DNA of 64,000 nucleotides from Elusimicrobia bacterium HGW-Elusimicrobia-1 (GTDB lineage: Bacteria; Elusimicrobiota; Endomicrobiia; PHAN01): the NCBI GenBank assembly GCA_002841695.1, contig PHAN01000002.1, positions 90,807 to 154,806 on the forward strand, written 5' to 3'. Positions within the stretch are counted from its first letter, which is position 1, and each line of letters begins with the position of its first letter. The position numbers and the translations under genes are program-made. Below are positions 26,339 through 35,288 of the stretch, in pieces. The notes under the pieces were generated by a model, which saw only the letters and a list, made by a program, of their open reading frames with translations, had not been told where the DNA came from and did not search any database.

Positions 26339-28363
26339 ATGAAAAAGAAAAAAAATATCGCGTTCGCGAACAAGAATCATATGATCATCGCCTCGGCGGT
26401 TTTTGTAGCGCTTCTTGCGGTTTCTTCCGCCGCCGGTCCTTTGGCGCCGAAAGCCGTTCAGGGCGGCGTGGAATTCGCTTACGAAGCCGCCCGCGACGCC
26501 AAAAAGATTGCCGTGGCCGGTGAGTTTAATTCATGGAACCATGAAAAAAAATTTCTAAAGTACGACCCCGTCCGCGGACTCTGGACGACGGTTGTTGAGC
26601 TTGGCGAGGGAAGACACGAATATAAATTTGTCGTCGACGGAACGTGGCAGGAGGGCGCCAATCTCGTCGCCGAAGTGAAAAAGAAAGACGGACGGCTTGT
26701 TGTTGAGGAGCCCGCCTCCGCGCCCAATACGCCCTACTCGGCAAAGATAAATTTCTCGGGCAAGTTCGTCGCCGAACTCGGAGCGCAGTCCCGCCAACAG
26801 CGGGACGACTTCTCTTCCATGCCGCCCGTCAATCACGCGGACTTCGACTGGAATATAACCGCCTCGAAAGACGCCTCGGGCTTCGCGCGGCTTGAATATG
26901 ACGGCGACAAAACCTCGGGCAAACTCCTATTTAAACAGGGCCGGATAAGTTTCGCGCCGACGGGTTTCGAGACGTCGATGTATTACAAGCAGAAAGCGAT
27001 TCAGTTCGACGACCCTCTGCGCGCGACAGACAGGGCCGTGACGCTGAAATACGACGCCGTCGAGTTCTTCGATGAAACCAATCCGCATAAGGCGTTCGGT
27101 CTCTGGGAGCAGGCCGTCGCCGTAAAAACGGATTTTCTCGGCGGGGCCTTTTCCGCGTTTTATTCGGACATGCTCCGTCCGGCGACGTACTTTCACACTC
27201 TTGAAGACAACAGCGGACTTCGTTATGCGCGGAGTTTCAAATCCATCCCGTTGAAAATCGCTTTTACGACGAGGCGCACTCGCGGCGGATGGTGGCCGTG
27301 GGCGAACAGCGACAACAACTGGTTTCCCGATCCCGAAAAGCCGAACGGCTACTCATGGGACGCCGCGGCCAGAGGAAGCGTTGCGACCTGGTATAACGGA
27401 TATCTCAACGAAGATTTCATAGGCGTTGACGGAAAATTCGACTTTCTGCCCGGTGTCGCCCTGTTCGGTGAAACGGCGTCGGTAAAGAAAGAATTGAAAT
27501 CGCAAAAGATATCGGGGGGCAGCGCGCACGAAAAGACGTGGACCATCGAAAACGGCGCCGAGAGTATTTACGGCGTAAAATACTCGCGCGGAAAGATACT
27601 CTCGCTTCAGGCCTCGGCGTCAAGCCGGAACACAACTTTCACCCCGCCGCTTTATGCGGGCGAAACCTTCGCCGCCACCGGCTCCGGTTTTTCTTTGGCC
27701 GCGCGTCTGCGCGCCGGATCTTTCACTTTAGCGGCGGCGGGCTCGTCGCGAAAAAACTCGCGGATAGAAAAAATACTCCCGCTCGACATACATCCCTACG
27801 CGCGGCCTCTCGTCTATCAAGGTCTATTTCCGATGGAAGCCGCGTCCGTCGGATTTCTCGTCCATGCCGTCGAAGAGGAAAATGCCGTTATAAGCGCCGC
27901 GGAATATTCCGCTCCCGCGTTTTCCGTCGGAGCGAAAAGCAGAATATCTTCGCTTAAACTCTTGCCGCGATCCTACGCCGGCGGAATCTGGAATGTCAAT
28001 CCGTTCATCGCCGCGCCCGACGAAATCACGCTTTCCGAGTCGGCGCTCGATGCCGCCGTCAAAATTTGGCCGGATATTACGGTCGAGTCCGCGCTCAGAT
28101 TGTTCGCGTGGGACGATAAAAACGAAGGCGGCTTGAAAGCATACTCGGCGCTTTTTCTGGCGCTCAAATACGACTTCTCGAAAAATTCATACGTGCGGCT
28201 CGGTTGGGGGCTCGACCCCGAGGACACCGACGACGATATTCTCGCGGGATTTGACGCGCGGGAAAGCTTTTTATATAATCTGCGCGAAGCGTCGATTCTT
28301 GAAGCCGCGCGGACGCTTGAGTCGCTTCGGAGAATTTCCGTGCGTATGTTCGTGAGATTTTAA
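26339..28363 (+). CDS. Fusion of N-terminal CBM48 (AMPK-beta glycogen-binding type) domain to a predicted outer-membrane beta-barrel
   Basis: SD ACGGAG; signal peptide; CBM48 motif KKIAVAGEFNSWNHE...GRHEYKFVVDGTWQEGANLVA; 500-aa C-terminal region ending ...RMFVRF. Confidence 0.6.
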   Translation: MKKKKNIAFANKNHMIIASAVFVALLAVSSAAGPLAPKAVQGGVEFAYEAARDAKKIAVAGEFNSWNHEKKFLKYDPVRGLWTTVVELGEGRHEYKFVVDGTWQEGANLVAEVKKKDGRLVVEEPASAPNTPYSAKINFSGKFVAELGAQSRQQRDDFSSMPPVNHADFDWNITASKDASGFARLEYDGDKTSGKLLFKQGRISFAPTGFETSMYYKQKAIQFDDPLRATDRAVTLKYDAVEFFDETNPHKAFGLWEQAVAVKTDFLGGAFSAFYSDMLRPATYFHTLEDNSGLRYARSFKSIPLKIAFTTRRTRGGWWPWANSDNNWFPDPEKPNGYSWDAAARGSVATWYNGYLNEDFIGVDGKFDFLPGVALFGETASVKKELKSQKISGGSAHEKTWTIENGAESIYGVKYSRGKILSLQASASSRNTTFTPPLYAGETFAATGSGFSLAARLRAGSFTLAAAGSSRKNSRIEKILPLDIHPYARPLVYQGLFPMEAASVGFLVHAVEEENAVISAAEYSAPAFSVGAKSRISSLKLLPRSYAGGIWNVNPFIAAPDEITLSESALDAAVKIWPDITVESALRLFAWDDKNEGGLKAYSALFLALKYDFSKNSYVRLGWGLDPEDTDDDILAGFDARESFLYNLREASILEAARTLESLRRISVRMFVRF

Positions 28364-28367
28364 CGAT

Positions 28368-28796
28368 ATGGAAAAATATTCTGCGACAGACCGGATACAA
28401 TCGCGTCGGGCCGGCATAATTCCGGTCGCGGCGACGTTCTTCCTTGCACTCGCCGTATTTTCCGGCTGCGCCACGTTCAACATTATCCGCGACCGTATAG
28501 AGTCGCCCGTAATTGACGGCGCTAAGGTTGTTTTTTATTACGACTCCGATTCCGCTAAGAGCGTCTCGGTGGCCGGTGAGTTCAATGGATGGGAATATCG
28601 TCCCGAACAGCCGCGCGCGATAGTGATGAAAAGAAACGAAAAGGGGGGCGTCTGGCAGGCGTCGTCCGAGATATCTCCGGGCCGATATCAATATAAAATA
28701 GTGATAGATTATCAAACGTGGATTACCGATCCATATAACACCAACACAGTCGATGACGGAACCGGCAATCTCAACTCGCTTCTCGTCGTAAAATAG
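28368..28796 (+). CDS. Small lipoprotein with single CBM48-like domain
   Basis: Lipobox-like LALAVFSGC; SVSVAGEFNGWEY...GRYQYKIVIDYQTWITDPYNTNTVDDGTGNLNS. Confidence 0.65.
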   Translation: MEKYSATDRIQSRRAGIIPVAATFFLALAVFSGCATFNIIRDRIESPVIDGAKVVFYYDSDSAKSVSVAGEFNGWEYRPEQPRAIVMKRNEKGGVWQASSEISPGRYQYKIVIDYQTWITDPYNTNTVDDGTGNLNSLLVVK

Positions 28797-28842
28797 GAAA
28801 TTAGGAGATTGGGAGATTAGGGGGGATAACGGAGGTATTAAG

Positions 28843-29859
28843 ATGAAACGCAGATTTGTGGTTGCGCTGGTTTGCGCTCTGACGGCGGCATTCGCCGTTT
28901 CTTCAGCCGGAGCGAAACTGAGGAAAGTCGGTTCGGCCGAGAGCGGCAAATCCGTCGAATGCGCTACGCGCGTTACCGGCGCGGGCGTCGAGTTCGTTTA
29001 CGAAAACCCCTCGGCGAAAAACGTCTTCGTGGCCGGTTCTTTCAACGACTGGAACTCTTCGCGCGACGCTCTTTCGAAAGATAAAAAGGGTGTTTGGCGC
29101 GCGACGCTGCCGTTGAAAACGGGAACGCATCAGTACAAGTTCGTCGTCGACGGCAACTGGATGGCAGATCCTTCCAATCCTCAAACCTCCGACGACGGCT
29201 TAGGCGGGAAAAACTCGGCTGTGGAAATAAAATCTGCGGCAGATGGAAAACCCGCCCCCGCAACCGCGGCGCCCGGCGCAGGCGGGCCGAAAGTTACGGG
29301 CGAGGGCGTTAGATTTGTCTATAAAAACCCCGCGGCGAAAAACGTCTTCGCGGCGGGCGAGTTCAACGCATGGAACGCGCAGGCCGATCCGCTCATAAGG
29401 CAGAAAGACGGAACGTGGCTGCTCGTCAAGAAAATCCCCCCCGGAAGATACAATTATAAGTTCATCGTCGACGGACAGTGGCTCAATGATCCCGTCAATA
29501 CCGCAACCTCCGACGACGGTTACGGCGGAAAGAACTCGGTTCTGGAAGTAGTCGCAGCCGCCGCGCCGTCGCACAAACTGTCGGCCGCGACGAGACAGAC
29601 CAAGACGGGGATAGAGTTCGTTTACGAAAATGCATCCGCCAAAAGCGTCGCAGTTGCGGGCAGTTTCAATAACTGGAGCGCCTCGTCGCACCGTCTCGAA
29701 AAGGATAAGTCGGGCATCTGGAAGACATCGGTTCCTCTGGGTAAAGGCAAATATCAGTATAAGTTTGTCGTCGACGGCGAATGGAAAGAGGATCCGTCGA
29801 ACTCCCAAAACTCCGAAGACGGCCTCGGCGGGAAAAACTCAGTCATCGAGGTTCGCTGA
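28843..29859 (+). CDS. Secreted protein consisting of three tandem CBM48-like glycogen/starch-binding domains
   Basis: Three internal repeats of VEFVYENPSAKNVFVAGSFNDWN...HQYKFVVDGNWMADPSNPQTSDDGLGGKNSAVEI (second and third copies at ~aa 150 and ~aa 250). Confidence 0.75.
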   Translation: MKRRFVVALVCALTAAFAVSSAGAKLRKVGSAESGKSVECATRVTGAGVEFVYENPSAKNVFVAGSFNDWNSSRDALSKDKKGVWRATLPLKTGTHQYKFVVDGNWMADPSNPQTSDDGLGGKNSAVEIKSAADGKPAPATAAPGAGGPKVTGEGVRFVYKNPAAKNVFAAGEFNAWNAQADPLIRQKDGTWLLVKKIPPGRYNYKFIVDGQWLNDPVNTATSDDGYGGKNSVLEVVAAAAPSHKLSAATRQTKTGIEFVYENASAKSVAVAGSFNNWSASSHRLEKDKSGIWKTSVPLGKGKYQYKFVVDGEWKEDPSNSQNSEDGLGGKNSVIEVR

Positions 29860-29901
29860 TATAAAAGAAGGGAGAAGTTTAAGAAGTAAGAGGCAAGAAG
29901 T

Positions 29902-30253
29902 GAGACCGTTGAAAAAGTTCACCGGATGTCACCCTGAACGAAGTGAAGGGTCTCGTTGTCCGTAGGAAGGCGAGATTCTTCCCAAGTTTTCAACTTGGTC
30001 AGAATGACAAAATAGAGGTTTTTCAACGGTCTCAAGTAAGAAACAAGAATTGTCTTTATCTTGTCTCTTACTTCTCGCCTCTTGCTTCTTATTATGAGAC
30101 CGTTAAAAAAGTCCCCTTGGTCGTCATTACGAGGAGGTCGCCGTGGCGACCGACGAAGCAATCTCGTTTTTCAATCAAAATGTGAGATTGCCGCGCCCCG
30201 CCACACAACGGCGGGGCTCGCAATGACAAATTACGGAGTTTTTCAACAATCTC
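29902..30253. mobile_element. Two adjacent MITE-like elements (gagaccgttgaaaaag ... tttttcaacggtctc TIR family)
   Basis: Element A 29902-30033 and element B 30096-30253, each bounded by inverted repeats; flanking agaagtaagaggcaagaag arms also inverted (29881 vs 30058). Confidence 0.65.
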
Positions 30254-30301
30254 GGTATCTTGCTTTTTTTCTCTTTTTTTGGGGGCAAGGGTGGGGAATT
30301 T

Positions 30302-32470
30302 TCAGAAAATGACTTCGACGGAAATTTCGTCGCCGGGCGCGACACGCTCGGCGTTTACCCGCGCGAAGTTAAAGCGGCTTTCAAGCGTTTCGCCGAATAT
30401 CTTGTTTGTCGTCGAGAACTCGGTTTTCTTCCCTTCGACGAGAACTTTCCTGGCTTTGCGCTTCCCTCCAAAAACCAGAAAACTGATTTCCTGCGTTTCA
30501 GGCGCCCCGTCATAAGAGCCGCCCTCCGCCGCCGATAACTTTATCAAGACCCTGCCGCCGCGCGAGCGCGCAATAACGCGTCTTTTAAGATACGCGCCGT
30601 TGTCGCAGGCGTTTGTGACGCCGTCGTCTTCGTAGTAGTCAAAAAACGTTTCGCCGCGCGACGGAAAAACGAGAAATTCAATATTTTTCGGCACGCCGAG
30701 CCGCCCGGCCGGCGCGGTCGACGGAATTATCGAGCCCTCCCGGGCGAAGAGCGCGATTTTGTCGATGGCGACGTCGATATGGCGCGAGCGTTTTCCTTTT
30801 ATTATCTCGCCGTCCTCAAGTGGTATCCACGTGCCTTCGGGGAAATATGTCATTCTCGTGGAAACCCTGCCCGGCGAGTAAGCGGGCGCGGCCATAAGCG
30901 AAGCGCCGATGAGGTACTGCTCCCTGTAATCGTAGCAGTTTGCGTCCCGCGGATACTCGACGTAAAGCCCGCGGAAAGGCGGCACTCCCGTTTCGTGGCA
31001 TTCGCGCGCCAAAGAGTAAAGATAAGGATTCAGCGCGTATCTCGCGCGGACGTATTTTTTGAAGATAGAAACCGCCTCTTCGGAATAATTCCAGGCGTCG
31101 CGGGACGCGCCCGACGAATGTGTGCGCAAAACAGGAGAAAAACATCCGAACTCTACCCATCTGATAAAAAGTTCCTCGTCTATATTTTTTCCCAGAAACC
31201 CGCCGATATCGTGCGACCAGTAAGCCGCGCCTATGTTCCCGCCCTGATGCGTGAATGCAATCTGGCGCTTTATCGTCTCAAAAGTCGAATATGTATCGCC
31301 GGAGAATTGTACCGGATATTTGTGGGAGCCGATACCGCCCCATCGTGAAAGTATCATCGCTCTGCGGCCGTCGCGGGCATTGGCGGCGGCTTCGTAGTAA
31401 AACCTGTTGAGCCACATCTGAGAGTGCAAGTCCATTATCCCGCCTGAAGCGCCCCAGCCGTCCACCCACCAGAAGTCGATTCCTTCGTCGAGAATTTTCG
31501 TGAATATCTTTTCCGACCACGCGCGCACATAGCGGTCGTCGTTCCACTGAACGCGGAAATCGCTTATATCGGGCAGGACTTTTTTTATTTGGGCGCGGCA
31601 GGGGTCGTCAGGGGGAAGCTCGTCCGAAACGCCGTAGCCGGGGTGGTCGTTGAGGCAGCATTTCACTCCGAGTTTTTTTAGATCCGAGATGAACCGCGCG
31701 GGATCGGGAAAGAACTCGGAGTTCCACTCGTAGCCGTTCCATCCGCATTTTCGCCAGTCGGTGTCTATGACGAAGACGTCCAGAGGTATGCCGAGTTCGC
31801 GGAATTTGTCGACGACGCCGAGGATATCATCGTGGCGGAACTTGTGCCAGCGCGAGTACCAGTAGCCGAGCGCCCATCGGGGTATCATCGGGATTTTCCC
31901 GAATAGTCCGATAAAATCGGCGAAGGCCTTTTTGTAGTCGGTTCCGCAGGCGAAGAAATACCAATCCTGAAAGTCGCTCGACGAGCGCTTTTTTATCCAT
32001 CCGGTTTTTTCGTCGCGCAGAAAATCGCAGTGGTTGCGGTAGACGAAGTAGCCGTTTTTCGAGACGAGGCCCGGCGTGAAGCTCTCGTAAATCTTGCCCG
32101 ACGGATATTTGTAAAGGTCGATGTGCGCGCCGCCGAGGTTTTCGGTGTCTTCGCCCCCCGGTTCGAATACACTCTCGCCCGAGAGCGCGCCGAAGACGCG
32201 GATTTTGAGGTTGCCTATGTCGAAGCATTTTCCGTCGGGAAGGAGTTCCAGCGCGAAGCGGCGGGTTTTGAGGGCGAACAGGCCGTTGGTTACAACCGAG
32301 TGGGGGACTTCCCCGCTGAAATTCGGTTCGAGTATCAGCGGATTTTCGTCGTCGAAAACTCCCTCCGCGGTGTATTCAAGCCGCAGCAGCGAGTCGGAGT
32401 AAACTGTGACGCGGTAGTTTTTGTCGACGAGATAAACCACCGGCGCCGAAGATATTTTGTGTATTTTCAT
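30302..32470 (-). CDS. GH31-family alpha-glucosidase-like enzyme, cytoplasmic (no signal peptide)
   Basis: 722 aa; motifs PRWALGYWYSRW, FWWVDGWG, SHDIGGF resembling GH31 signatures. Confidence 0.7.
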   Translation of the reverse strand: MKIHKISSAPVVYLVDKNYRVTVYSDSLLRLEYTAEGVFDDENPLILEPNFSGEVPHSVVTNGLFALKTRRFALELLPDGKCFDIGNLKIRVFGALSGESVFEPGGEDTENLGGAHIDLYKYPSGKIYESFTPGLVSKNGYFVYRNHCDFLRDEKTGWIKKRSSSDFQDWYFFACGTDYKKAFADFIGLFGKIPMIPRWALGYWYSRWHKFRHDDILGVVDKFRELGIPLDVFVIDTDWRKCGWNGYEWNSEFFPDPARFISDLKKLGVKCCLNDHPGYGVSDELPPDDPCRAQIKKVLPDISDFRVQWNDDRYVRAWSEKIFTKILDEGIDFWWVDGWGASGGIMDLHSQMWLNRFYYEAAANARDGRRAMILSRWGGIGSHKYPVQFSGDTYSTFETIKRQIAFTHQGGNIGAAYWSHDIGGFLGKNIDEELFIRWVEFGCFSPVLRTHSSGASRDAWNYSEEAVSIFKKYVRARYALNPYLYSLARECHETGVPPFRGLYVEYPRDANCYDYREQYLIGASLMAAPAYSPGRVSTRMTYFPEGTWIPLEDGEIIKGKRSRHIDVAIDKIALFAREGSIIPSTAPAGRLGVPKNIEFLVFPSRGETFFDYYEDDGVTNACDNGAYLKRRVIARSRGGRVLIKLSAAEGGSYDGAPETQEISFLVFGGKRKARKVLVEGKKTEFSTTNKIFGETLESRFNFARVNAERVAPGDEISVEVIF

Positions 32471-32487
32471 GTGTGTGCCCTTATAAC

Positions 32488-32618
32488 GAGACCGTTGAAA
32501 AAGTATTTTTTACTATTTTGTCATTCCCGAACGTTTTAATCGGGAATCCATTACTGACGGAAACTCTGGATTCCCGCTTTCGCGGGAATGACATAATTAA
32601 GGGTTTTTCAACAATCTC
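32488..32618. mobile_element. MITE-like element, same TIR family, with internal gtcattcccg...cgggaatgac palindrome
   Basis: gagaccgttgaaaaag ... tgtcattcccgaacg...cgcgggaatgacat ... tttttcaacaatctc. Confidence 0.65.
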
Positions 32619-32644
32619 ATTATGCGAATCTCAATAAGTATTTT

Positions 32645-35083
32645 TCAGCGCGCAACGAGTATCATCGCCGATCCTGCCGGGATGTCCACGGACAACTTCG
32701 ATTTTTTTACTTTCATTAAGCGTGAGGGCTTTGCGACCCTGATTTTTTTTACGACGCGTCCGCCGTCGGCGCCGGGGGCGTCGAAGAGTTCGTAGCGCTT
32801 CTCGCCGAGGATGTCGAAGTACTCCGTTCCGTCGGGCGCGCCCGCGTCGAACGTGACGGCGCGGGAGGCGGCGGAATTGTTGACCGCGACAAAAATCCTG
32901 TCCGCGCCTCTTCTCCTGGCAAAGACGATAATTTCATTTTCGTCGTCGGCGAGCACACTCTCGTAAACGCCGGTATGGAGTTCCTCGCGCGTGTTATGTA
33001 TCGCGGAGAGTTTCCTGTAGTGCTCGTAAATATCGCGCATAAATATTTTATCTTTATCGTCGAACGCAAGGTCTTTCCATACCATAGGCTCGCGGCAGAA
33101 CGGGTCGTCCGAACTCCACATCCCGGCTTCGGAGCCGTACCATATCATCGGCGCACCGGGCAGCGCAAACTGCACAGCCGTCACTTTTTTGAGTTTTTCG
33201 TAGACGTCTTTCGACGGCCGCCCCTGCTTGTACGACGGGTTATAGTCGCCGGTGTCCGACGGATTGAGGCGGTTACCCTTGTCGTAGTGGCGCCCCGGAT
33301 TAGAAAGCATCGAGACGGCGCGGTCGGTGTCGTGGCTGTCGAAGAGATTCTGCTGGACGAAGTTGACCTGATAAGGATAAAGCGCCAAAAGCCGTTTTAT
33401 CTCCGAATCAAACTTCGAGGGCTTTATCCAGCCGTTGGAGAGCCAGTTGAGCGTCGTCTTGATAAAAGGATAGTTCATCTGCGCGTGAAAAAGTTCGGGT
33501 TTCAGCCATTCGGGGGATTCGTCCCATAATTCGCCCGAGATATAGGCGTCGGGGTTGATGGACTTGACAAGCCGCGACCACTCGACCCAGAAAGGCATCT
33601 TGACATTCTCGGGAACGTCTAATCGCCAGCCGTCTATACCGTCGGAAGGATCGCCGTCGCCGTTGGGATCCATCCAGCGGCGGGTGATGTCGAAGATGTG
33701 TTTTTTTGGGCCGGCGACGAGACCGTTTTCGTCTTCCCTGAATTCCGGCAGCCCGCCGAATCCCGCCCAACCCTCGTAGCCGCGGCCAGTGTGCGCTTCG
33801 CGCATGAATAATTCCCAGTCGGTGACACTGAACCAGTCGGCGTATTTCGATTTCCTGCCTTTTTTCTTGACGTCGTTAAATGCCCAGAAGTTATCGCCCG
33901 AGTGATTGAATACTCCGTCGATGATGACGCGAAAGCCCATCGCCTTGGCTTTTTTAAGAAAATCCAGAAAGAGCATGTCGGTCTTTGTCCATTTCCACGT
34001 GGCGGGATCATCCGTCTCGCCCCTGAGTTCGGCGATGTCGCCCTTGAATCCGAGATTGTCGTCTATGTGGCGATAATCCGAGGTGTTGTATTTGTGGTGC
34101 GATTCGGCTTTGAATACCGGCGTAAGATACAGCGCGGTCACGCCCATTTCTTTGAGATAATCAAGTTTTTCGACGAGTCCCTGAATGTCTCCGCCGAAGC
34201 GCCGTCCCCAGACGAAATCGTAGAAGCCGCCCTGCTCCGAGGGATGTTTCCTGGAAAAATCCCATGTCCACGGAAGCGAGCCGTCGGGATTGTTCGCGGG
34301 GTCGCCATCGCGGAAGCGCTCGGGCATTACCTGATACCAGACCGCGCCTTTCGCCCAATCGGGCGTCGCGAACTTTATTTTTGTCGAGGCAGTGAAAACC
34401 GTCCCGGCGGAGGGGTAAATTATCTTGGTGTTTCCGTCGGCCAGGGCAAACGAATATTTGAGATTTTGCGCGTCGCGGGGAATCTCGGCGAAAGCGCTCC
34501 AGTAGTCGAAGCCGAGATAGGTCTTTGTTTTTTCCATCGCAAAACGTTTGCCGCCGCCCGAGACGACTTCGGCGTTTTCGACGTCTCCGGCGAGCGCGCG
34601 AAGTTTTATCTCGGCAAGACCCTTCGTTATTACGTTAAAATATTCTATCTTGCGAGGATCGTGGCGCAGCGCCGCCACCGCGATGTTGTTGAGAATAGGC
34701 GCCCCGTATGACGTTCCCGTCTCACCGACGGCAATGCCCGAATTGAAACCTCCGAAGCCGTCTTCCTTTTTTAGGGCCGCGTCGGCCTTGGGGTCCTCCA
34801 TCCAGCGGTCGCCGTTGACGACGAGTTTGTATAAGTGGAGGCCTTCTTTGAGTTCGAGCTTCGCCTCGAATTTCCCGTCGGGCCGCCGGCGCATCAGGTC
34901 TTTTGAGGAATTCCATTGGTTAAACGATCCGACTACCGCCACGGAATTTACCGCCTCTCCGGGCCGGGGTTCATATAGAAAAGAGATTTTCTGCGTCGGC
35001 GCAATCACCGCCGACAGAGCCGTCGTCATCAACAGCGCGACGGAGAAAACCGCCGCGAAGAAACATTTTTTCGATGAAAACAT
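32645..35083 (-). CDS. Secreted GH13 alpha-amylase/neopullulanase-like enzyme with N-terminal CBM48-like domain
   Basis: Signal peptide MFSSKKCFFAAVFSVALLMTTALSA; CBM48 VAVVGSFNQWNSS...LHLYKLVVNGDRW; GH13 regions VIIDGVFNHSGD, GWRLDVPENV, YISGELWD, FDSHDTDR. Confidence 0.85.
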   Translation of the reverse strand: MFSSKKCFFAAVFSVALLMTTALSAVIAPTQKISFLYEPRPGEAVNSVAVVGSFNQWNSSKDLMRRRPDGKFEAKLELKEGLHLYKLVVNGDRWMEDPKADAALKKEDGFGGFNSGIAVGETGTSYGAPILNNIAVAALRHDPRKIEYFNVITKGLAEIKLRALAGDVENAEVVSGGGKRFAMEKTKTYLGFDYWSAFAEIPRDAQNLKYSFALADGNTKIIYPSAGTVFTASTKIKFATPDWAKGAVWYQVMPERFRDGDPANNPDGSLPWTWDFSRKHPSEQGGFYDFVWGRRFGGDIQGLVEKLDYLKEMGVTALYLTPVFKAESHHKYNTSDYRHIDDNLGFKGDIAELRGETDDPATWKWTKTDMLFLDFLKKAKAMGFRVIIDGVFNHSGDNFWAFNDVKKKGRKSKYADWFSVTDWELFMREAHTGRGYEGWAGFGGLPEFREDENGLVAGPKKHIFDITRRWMDPNGDGDPSDGIDGWRLDVPENVKMPFWVEWSRLVKSINPDAYISGELWDESPEWLKPELFHAQMNYPFIKTTLNWLSNGWIKPSKFDSEIKRLLALYPYQVNFVQQNLFDSHDTDRAVSMLSNPGRHYDKGNRLNPSDTGDYNPSYKQGRPSKDVYEKLKKVTAVQFALPGAPMIWYGSEAGMWSSDDPFCREPMVWKDLAFDDKDKIFMRDIYEHYRKLSAIHNTREELHTGVYESVLADDENEIIVFARRRGADRIFVAVNNSAASRAVTFDAGAPDGTEYFDILGEKRYELFDAPGADGGRVVKKIRVAKPSRLMKVKKSKLSVDIPAGSAMILVAR

Positions 35084-35226
35084 TGTGCCTCCATTACGTC
35101 ACAGAGAGATGGATGAAAAGGCGGCATCGTTCAATTCCGCCGCGAAGCCATTATACAAAAATGACCCTCGCAGGCAAAAATCGGTAAAACGTTTTAACAC
35201 AGGCGGTATCCGCCGTCCGCGCAATT

Positions 35227-35255
35227 TTTGGAAAGCGCCTTTTCATTATGTATAA
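35227..35255 (+). promoter_or_regulatory. Near-consensus sigma70-type promoter (TTGGAA-N17-TATAAT) upstream of the ABC ATPase gene
   Basis: ttggaa at 35227-35232, tataat at 35250-35255, 17-nt spacer, ~34 nt upstream of ATG 35289. Confidence 0.45.
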
Positions 35256-35288
35256 TTCGGCTGACAACCTTGGATAACCGGAGGAAAT

